Part shown: positions 27,119-32,000 of the stretch, one piece after another | Position numbering within the stretch: the stretch's first letter is position 1 | How the letters are laid out: the number at the start of each line of letters is the position of its first letter | Source: Nostoc sp. C052 | Lineage (GTDB): Bacteria > Cyanobacteriota > Cyanobacteriia > Cyanobacteriales > Nostocaceae | DNA length: 32,000 nucleotides | Assembly: GCF_013393905.1 (NCBI RefSeq) | Contig: NZ_CP040272.1 | Span: forward strand, 2,360,900 to 2,392,899 | Reading direction: 5' to 3' | Position numbers and translations under genes: made by a program | Notes under the pieces: generated by a model | The model's database searches: none | What the model saw: only the letters and a program-made list of their open reading frames with translations | Told to the model about the DNA's origin: nothing

Positions 27119-27303
27119 CATTAGCAAAGGGCGATCGCTCATTCATCTCTAAATTAAACTGAAACATAGGGCGATCGCTTACTTCTAAAAAATTCCGACT
27201 GTGCCGCTATTATTGACGATAGAGCAGCATGGGGTTGCGGTCAAGCATTAAGTATTACTACTATCAGAACCGGAGGCTTCGTCATTAATTGTAACCTCAA
27301 AGG

Positions 27304-27367
27304 GCGATCGCTCCTTCTTACCTCTTCCTCCGTGTCCTCTGCGCCTCTGCGGTTCGATTCTCACGCT
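27304..27367. repeat. Dispersed HIP1-headed repeat, copy B, forming the 5' boundary of the truncated STAND paralogue
   Basis: gcgatcgctccttcttacctcttcctccgtgtcctctgcgcctctgcggttcgattctcacgct. The first 12 codons of track ORF 27332.. are encoded by this repeat. Confidence 0.75.
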
Positions 27368-28753
27368 TATATATTGTCATTAGCGTTAGAGTTAGTGAGA
27401 GGATATCTGGATAAAATGCCAGATGTATCTCTGGAAACATTGCTGACGCGGCTAGAGAAGAAACGAGTGGAACAAGAACCAGTAGTCAATGCTAATTCAT
27501 TGATGCCTTCTGAATATGGTGTAGCTGAAGCTTTTGAAGTGAGTTGGGAAAAATTAGATGAAAATGCCCAAAGCTTTGGCTGTTTGCTAAGTTTGTGTGC
27601 CTTAGCTGACATTCCCTTATCTATTGAGACTATAGAAGATGACAAAAAACAAGAACTCAACAAGAAAGCCATAGCCGATTTACTGGAATTACATTTGCTA
27701 CAACAGAAAAGTCAAGGAATTTATCGTCTCAATCCAGAGATTCGGCAACTTTTCCAAATGAAGTTGGATAAGTCAAGTGAGGCGGATGAAGCAAAAACTA
27801 AATTTGCCGCCATGATGCTAGAGGTAGCAAAGTTAATTCCGCAACAGCCTAACCCTGAAGATATTCTCAACCTAACTCCACATATCCCGCACATTACAGA
27901 AGTTGCAACCCACCTATCCCAGTATGTCGGCGATGAAAATCTCATTACTCTGTTTACCAAATTAGCCTGGTTTTATCAAAGTCAAGGACTTTATCGGCAA
28001 GCAGAACCTTGGTTGCAACAGTGTGTAGAACTGACTCAAAATCGTCTTGGGTTAGAACATATTGATGTCGCCACTAGCCTCAGCAATTTAGCAGGAGTCT
28101 ACGAATCTACGGGACGCTACAACGAAGCCGAACCCTTGCTTGAACAAGCTTTAGAACTGAGAAAACGCTTGCTAGGAGAAGAACATATTGATTTCGCCAC
28201 TAGCCTCAGCTATTTAGCATTAATCTACGAATCTACAGGACGCTATACTAAAGCCGAACTTTTGTATCAGCAAGCTTTAGAACTGTGGAAACGCCTCGTG
28301 GGAGAAGAACATCCCCATGTTGCCACGAGTCTGAACAATTTAGCAGCATTGTACTGTTATACAAGACGCTACAGCGAAGCCGAACCCTTGTTTGAGCAAG
28401 CTTTAAAATTGAGAAAACGTCTGCTGGGAGAAGAACATATTGATGTTGCCACTAGCTTAAATAATTTAGCACAACTCTACGAATCTACTGGACGCCACAC
28501 CAAAGCCGAACCCTTGTATCAGAAAGCTTTAGAACTGAGTAAGCGCCTGCTGGGAGACAATCATCCTGATGTTGCCATTAGCATGAATAATCTCGCCGCA
28601 CTCTACCGTTATGCAAGACGCTATAGGAAAGCCAAACCCTTATTTGAGAAAGCTTTGAAAATTTGTGAACGAACTTTAGGTGTAAGTCATCCTACAACTA
28701 TGACAGTTCGGGAAAATTATACAAGCTGTTTAAGAGAAGCAGCATATCACTAG
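27332..28753 (+). CDS. 5'-truncated paralogue of the STAND protein: it lacks the P-loop/NB-ARC N-half and retains the winged-helix/linker region plus about 6 TPRs; possibly a pseudogene
   Basis: Homology to 22505..24886 begins at about 27373 (LALELVRGYLDKMPDVSLETLL versus LALELVGRYLDTMPDLSLETLL, which is aa 204 of the full copy) and continues to the stop. The GTG start and the first residues come from repeat copy B. There is no Walker A. Confidence 0.6.
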   Translation: MSSAPLRFDSHAYILSLALELVRGYLDKMPDVSLETLLTRLEKKRVEQEPVVNANSLMPSEYGVAEAFEVSWEKLDENAQSFGCLLSLCALADIPLSIETIEDDKKQELNKKAIADLLELHLLQQKSQGIYRLNPEIRQLFQMKLDKSSEADEAKTKFAAMMLEVAKLIPQQPNPEDILNLTPHIPHITEVATHLSQYVGDENLITLFTKLAWFYQSQGLYRQAEPWLQQCVELTQNRLGLEHIDVATSLSNLAGVYESTGRYNEAEPLLEQALELRKRLLGEEHIDFATSLSYLALIYESTGRYTKAELLYQQALELWKRLVGEEHPHVATSLNNLAALYCYTRRYSEAEPLFEQALKLRKRLLGEEHIDVATSLNNLAQLYESTGRHTKAEPLYQKALELSKRLLGDNHPDVAISMNNLAALYRYARRYRKAKPLFEKALKICERTLGVSHPTTMTVRENYTSCLREAAYH

Positions 28754-28804
28754 CGATCGCCTAAAAGTAATTCAAAATAAAAAAAGTAGTTACAAAGCTC
28801 CAGC

Positions 28805-28972
28805 ATGAAGATAAAAGTCCTATTAGAACCCAGTGATGAAGGCAGATACACCGTCTATGTTCCCTCACTTCCAGGTTGTATCAGTGAAGGAGAAACTATT
28901 GAAGAAGCATTAGAAAATATCCAAGAAGCAATAGAACTTTTTCTTGAGCCAAGCTTTTTAGAGTTATTGTAA
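28805..28972 (+). CDS. HicB-like (UPF0150) mini-antitoxin, 55 aa, not in the ORF track
   Basis: My translation is MKIKVLLEPSDEGRYTVYVPSLPGCISEGETIEEALENIQEAIELFLEPSFLELL. The xLPGCxSxGxTxEEAxxNxxEAI core is the HicB/UPF0150 signature. Confidence 0.65.
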   Translation: MKIKVLLEPSDEGRYTVYVPSLPGCISEGETIEEALENIQEAIELFLEPSFLELL

Positions 28973-29015
28973 ACGCGATCGCTCTCTACATCCTCAATAG
29001 TTTAAAATATATATT

Positions 29016-29042
29016 CCCCTCTTCTTGACTGATGAAGAGGGG
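29016..29042 (-). terminator. Hairpin (cccctcttc - 9 nt - gaagagggg) just downstream of the minus-strand pentapeptide-repeat gene
   Basis: A 9-bp perfect GC-rich stem 8 nt beyond the stop of 29050..29547. On the minus strand it is followed by an A/T-rich run (aatatatatttt). Confidence 0.55.
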
Positions 29043-29049
29043 TGAGAAT

Positions 29050-29547
29050 TTACTTACATCCTAAAGACTTGCGAGTATCCACGCCAGTTTTAGAATTCAC
29101 ACCACTTGCCTTAACACAAAGCTTTTTCACTTGAACCCCATCTAAAATTGCATTTGTAAAATCAGTACCCGTGATATCCACACCATCAAAAGTAGAACGC
29201 AGCATCATGGCATCAGTCAACACAGCATCACTTAAATCAGCATTCTTAAATCTTGTTAGATAGGCTATACCTTCACTAAAATCAGCACCATGCAGATTTA
29301 CTCCCTCCAATACGCTACCGTTAAACACGCCACCACGTAAGTCAGCATTGCTAAAATTAGCATTCTCTAATTTGAGATTGGTAAACTCAGTACCAATTAA
29401 ACTTTGACCAGAGTAATCCTTGCCCTTAAGTTCATCATTCCCCACAGAACGGGTAATACTGGAAGAACTTGCAGCTTGTGCCGATAGAGGAAACAAAAAA
29501 AGAACCATAGCTAAGACAAAGCTAGCTAACAGTTGCCAATATTTCAT
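29050..29547 (-). CDS. Secreted/lumenal pentapeptide-repeat protein
   Basis: Signal peptide [25 protein letters not shown]. Consecutive A(D/N)LXX pentapeptides ([32 protein letters not shown]...[15 protein letters not shown]). Size and layout resemble thylakoid-lumen pentapeptide proteins. Confidence 0.85.
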   Translation of the reverse strand: MKYWQLLASFVLAMVLFLFPLSAQAASSSSITRSVGNDELKGKDYSGQSLIGTEFTNLKLENANFSNADLRGGVFNGSVLEGVNLHGADFSEGIAYLTRFKNADLSDAVLTDAMMLRSTFDGVDITGTDFTNAILDGVQVKKLCVKASGVNSKTGVDTRKSLGCK

Positions 29548-29620
29548 AATGTCTTCTTAATAAATCTCAACACTTTCACCTTAACTATTAAACCTCACAG
29601 AAGGGTACAAAGGAGACAAG

Positions 29621-30793
29621 CAGGGTGGTTTCATACAACGAGAGAAAAATAATAATGATTTATAGAGGGTGGAGAAAAATGGATAACTAACAAGTATGAA
29701 TCTCGTCGAACAATTGCAGCAAGTCCCAGACTATAGACACATCCGAGGACGAAGGCATGAATTATGGTTGGTATTATTGCTCATATTGCTCGGAGCAATG
29801 ACTGGGTATTGGGGCTACCGGCCACTGGAAGATTTTACCAAAGTACACAGACGGAGCTTAATTGAGCTGTTAAACCTAGATGAAACAATGAAGTTTCCAT
29901 CCTATTCAACGTTCCGACGAGTACTCAAAACAGTAGATTTTCAGCCATTCACCGACTTATTTAATAATTGGGCGTTAGTTTTTGTTCCACCGATGCCAGG
30001 AGAAAGATTGGCAATTGACGGAAAAGGCATTCGTTGCACAGTCACAGATTACAGTCAGTCCTACCAAAACTTTATCAGTACAGTATCGGTTTATAGTCAT
30101 GAACGAGGTATTGTACTCAGGATGCAACCAATGTCCAACAAAAAAATTAGTGAAGTAGCGATCGTAAAACAATTAATCTTCGAGTTTTGTGGTCAACAAG
30201 TCGTTTTTACACTTGATGCTCTACACTGCCAAAAAAAACTGTATCACTGATTGTCAATAGTGGCAATGACTACCTGATTGGATTAAAAGAAAATCAACCG
30301 ACACTCTACAAAATGGCTCAAACCGAGTTACAACAAGATGTTCCACTTAGCAGTGCCACAACTGTAGAGAATGTTCATTCTCGGCTAGTTCAACGTCAGT
30401 GCAAGGTTTTTGCTGCCCCCGAACAAATTCAAAAAAAATGGTCTGGACTCAAAACTTTTATTGTTGTCGAGCGTCAGGGTGAGCGCAATGGTCGGCCATT
30501 TTACGAGCGTCAATTCTATATCTGTAGTCAATATCTCGAAGCTCAACAGTTACTTGCCGACATTCAAGGGCATTGGGGAATCGAAAATCGACTTCATTGG
30601 GTAAGAGATGTGACATTCAAAGAAGACTTTCCACTACGGCGTGGTGGCAATGCCCCTGTGAATTGGTCTATCTTACACAACTTTTTTATTACGATCGCAC
30701 GCAAACTCGGTTTCCGAACTATTCCTCAAGCACAACGCGCACTCTCCAACCAACTCGATAGAGTTTTTTCTTTCTTTGTATGAAACCACCCTG
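29621..30793 (+). mobile_element. ISAs1-family insertion sequence (1173 bp)
   Basis: Perfect 18-bp terminal inverted repeats: cagggtggtttcatacaa at 29621-29638 and ttgtatgaaaccaccctg at 30776-30793. It is flanked by a 19-bp direct repeat, agggtacaaaggagacaag, at 29602-29620 and 30794-30812. Confidence 0.85.
29696..30783 (+). pseudogene. ISAs1-family (H-repeat-associated) transposase split into two frames at an A8 run
   Basis: ORF 29696..30250 (...DALHCQKK-LYH*) continues in the -1 frame as TVSLIVNSGNDYLIGLKENQPTLY..., joining ORF 30313..30783. The switch point is ccAAAAAAAAct at 30231-30238. Confidence 0.75.
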
Positions 30794-30806
30794 AGGGTAC
30801 AAAGGA

Positions 30807-30864
30807 GACAAGGGGGACAAGGGGGACAGGAGAATAACCCATACCCAATGCCCAATGCCCAAAA
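30807..30864. repeat. STRR element (GGGGACA heptamers, then CCCAATG heptamers) that received the ISAs1 insertion
   Basis: gacaagggggacaagggggacagg agaataac ccatacccaatgcccaatgcccaaaac. Confidence 0.65.
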
Positions 30865-30921
30865 CTGGAAAGCATCTCGTAGGATGATAGATGTTGAGGT
30901 GCGATCGCAAAATAATTACCT

Positions 30922-32000
30922 GTGGCTAATCAAGAAGACAACGCCCAATCTTTGGCGCGAACCCCTTTATATCAATTGGGTGTAGAACTCAAAGCCCGCT
31001 TTACCAGCTTTGGCGGTTGGGAAATGCCCGTGCAATTTAGTGGAATTAGTCGCGAACACGAGGCTGTCAGAAATACAGCCGGAATGTTCGATATTTCCCA
31101 CATGGGCAAATTTACCCTCCAAGGTAAAAATCTAATTTCCCAACTCCAGTCACTAGTGCCTTCCGACTTGAGTCGTTTGCAAGCTGGTCAAGCACAATAC
31201 ACCGTATTGTTAAATCCCCAAGCCGGAATTATTGACGATATCATTGTTTATTATCAAGGTGAAGACACCACTGGGATACAGAAAGCATTCATCATAGTAA
31301 ATGCGGCAACCTCCAGTAAAGATAAAGCATGGCTATTGCAACACCTTGACCTAGATAAGTTGCAATTTCAAGACCTTTCACCAGATAAAGTCTTAATCGC
31401 CGTCCAAGGGCCAAAAGCGATTAAATATCTCCAGCCATTAGTCCAAGAAGACTTACAACCAATCAAAGCCTTTGGACATTTAGAAGCAACCCTACTAGGT
31501 AAACCTGCTTTCTTAGCCCGCACAGGTTACACCGGAGAAGATGGCTTTGAGGTGATGATAGACCCAGATGTGGGGATAGCATTGTGGCAAAGTCTCCATA
31601 AAGCTGGTGTTATCCCTTGTGGACTCGGTGCGAGAGATACTCTGCGCCTAGAAGCGGCGATGGCACTTTACGGACAAGATATCGATGACATCACCACACC
31701 CTTAGAAGCAGGTTTAGGGTGGCTAGTTCACTTAGATACCAAAGGCGATTTTATTGGTCGGGAAGTTTTAGCACAACAAAAAGCTACTGGAGTGCAGCGC
31801 CGATTGGTCGGTTTACAAACTCAAGGACGTAACATTGCCCGTCATGGCTATCAAGTGTTATCCGCAGGTAAAGTTGTGGGAGAAGTGACCAGTGGCACTT
31901 TGTCACCTACACTTGGTTATCCCGTTGCCTTAGCTTACGTTCCTACCAAGCTAGCAGGTATCGGTCAACAGCTAGAAGTTGAGATTCGTGGCAAAGCTTA
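30922..32000 (+). CDS. gcvT: Glycine cleavage system aminomethyltransferase (T protein), 3' end outside the window
   Basis: My translation from the GTG at 30922 is [64 protein letters not shown]...[13 protein letters not shown]...[12 protein letters not shown]. The frame is open to the window end. It is absent from the track because no stop is reached. Confidence 0.9.
   Translation, partial: MANQEDNAQSLARTPLYQLGVELKARFTSFGGWEMPVQFSGISREHEAVRNTAGMFDISHMGKFTLQGKNLISQLQSLVPSDLSRLQAGQAQYTVLLNPQAGIIDDIIVYYQGEDTTGIQKAFIIVNAATSSKDKAWLLQHLDLDKLQFQDLSPDKVLIAVQGPKAIKYLQPLVQEDLQPIKAFGHLEATLLGKPAFLARTGYTGEDGFEVMIDPDVGIALWQSLHKAGVIPCGLGARDTLRLEAAMALYGQDIDDITTPLEAGLGWLVHLDTKGDFIGREVLAQQKATGVQRRLVGLQTQGRNIARHGYQVLSAGKVVGEVTSGTLSPTLGYPVALAYVPTKLAGIGQQLEVEIRGKA

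Noticed and set aside
27170-27331. Upstream in-frame extension of the truncated paralogue (…SDCAAIIDDRAAWGCGQALSITTIRTGGFVINCN…)
   Set aside because: The frame is open back to 27170. However, the extension has no start codon, shows no similarity to the NB-ARC N-half of the full-length copy, and runs through dispersed repeat sequence.
30410-30985. ORFs 30410..30604, 30573..30761, 30673..30855 (-), 30719..30910 (-) and 30776..30985
   Set aside because: These are alternative frames of the ISAs1 transposase, or reads across the IS end and STRR array into the gcvT start region. The gcvT frame starting at the GTG at 30922 explains the coding signal.

Overview
This window looks like chromosomal DNA from a filamentous Nostoc/Anabaena-type cyanobacterium. 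The evidence is many GCGATCGC (HIP1) octamers, heptamer STRR arrays in most intergenic gaps, and a gene order that I recall matches the Anabaena PCC 7120 cyaB1-purC-omp85-lpxC-fabZ-lpxA-lpxB region.

Positions 1-14.8 kb are ordinary core genome:
- A sulfolipid operon, sqdB-DUF4291-sqdX.
- The GAF-GAF-PAS adenylate cyclase CyaB1.
- purC.
- The outer-membrane/lipid A cluster omp85(bamA)-lpxC-fabZ-lpxA-lpxB.

Positions 14.9-30.9 kb are accessory-looking and rearranged:
- A C5-cytosine DNA methyltransferase with no recognisable restriction partner, followed by a visibly AT-rich island with three orphan ORFs.
- Endonuclease V.
- A tight two-gene FHA module: FHA plus zinc ribbon, then FHA fused to a two-Rossmann flavoprotein-like domain.
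- A 21-bp x 7.5 tandem repeat.
- A STAND (NB-ARC + 9 TPR) NTPase locus.
- An orphan mini-HicB.
- A lumenal pentapeptide-repeat protein.
- An ISAs1-type element whose transposase is split at an A8 run.

The window ends in gcvT, which was missing from the ORF track because it runs off the end.

The STAND locus has three unusual features:
- Its N-terminal helical module is a separate ORF in the same frame, cut off by a single TGA.
- Its last codons are replaced by an IS1634-type insertion; the inverted repeats, target-site duplication and original C-terminus can all be reconstructed.
- It is followed by a 5'-truncated paralogue.

Best candidates for an undescribed system, in order: the split NLR-like STAND locus, the FHA/FHA-flavoprotein pair, and the methyltransferase plus AT-rich orphan island. 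All functional calls rest on motif recognition by eye; no database search was run.
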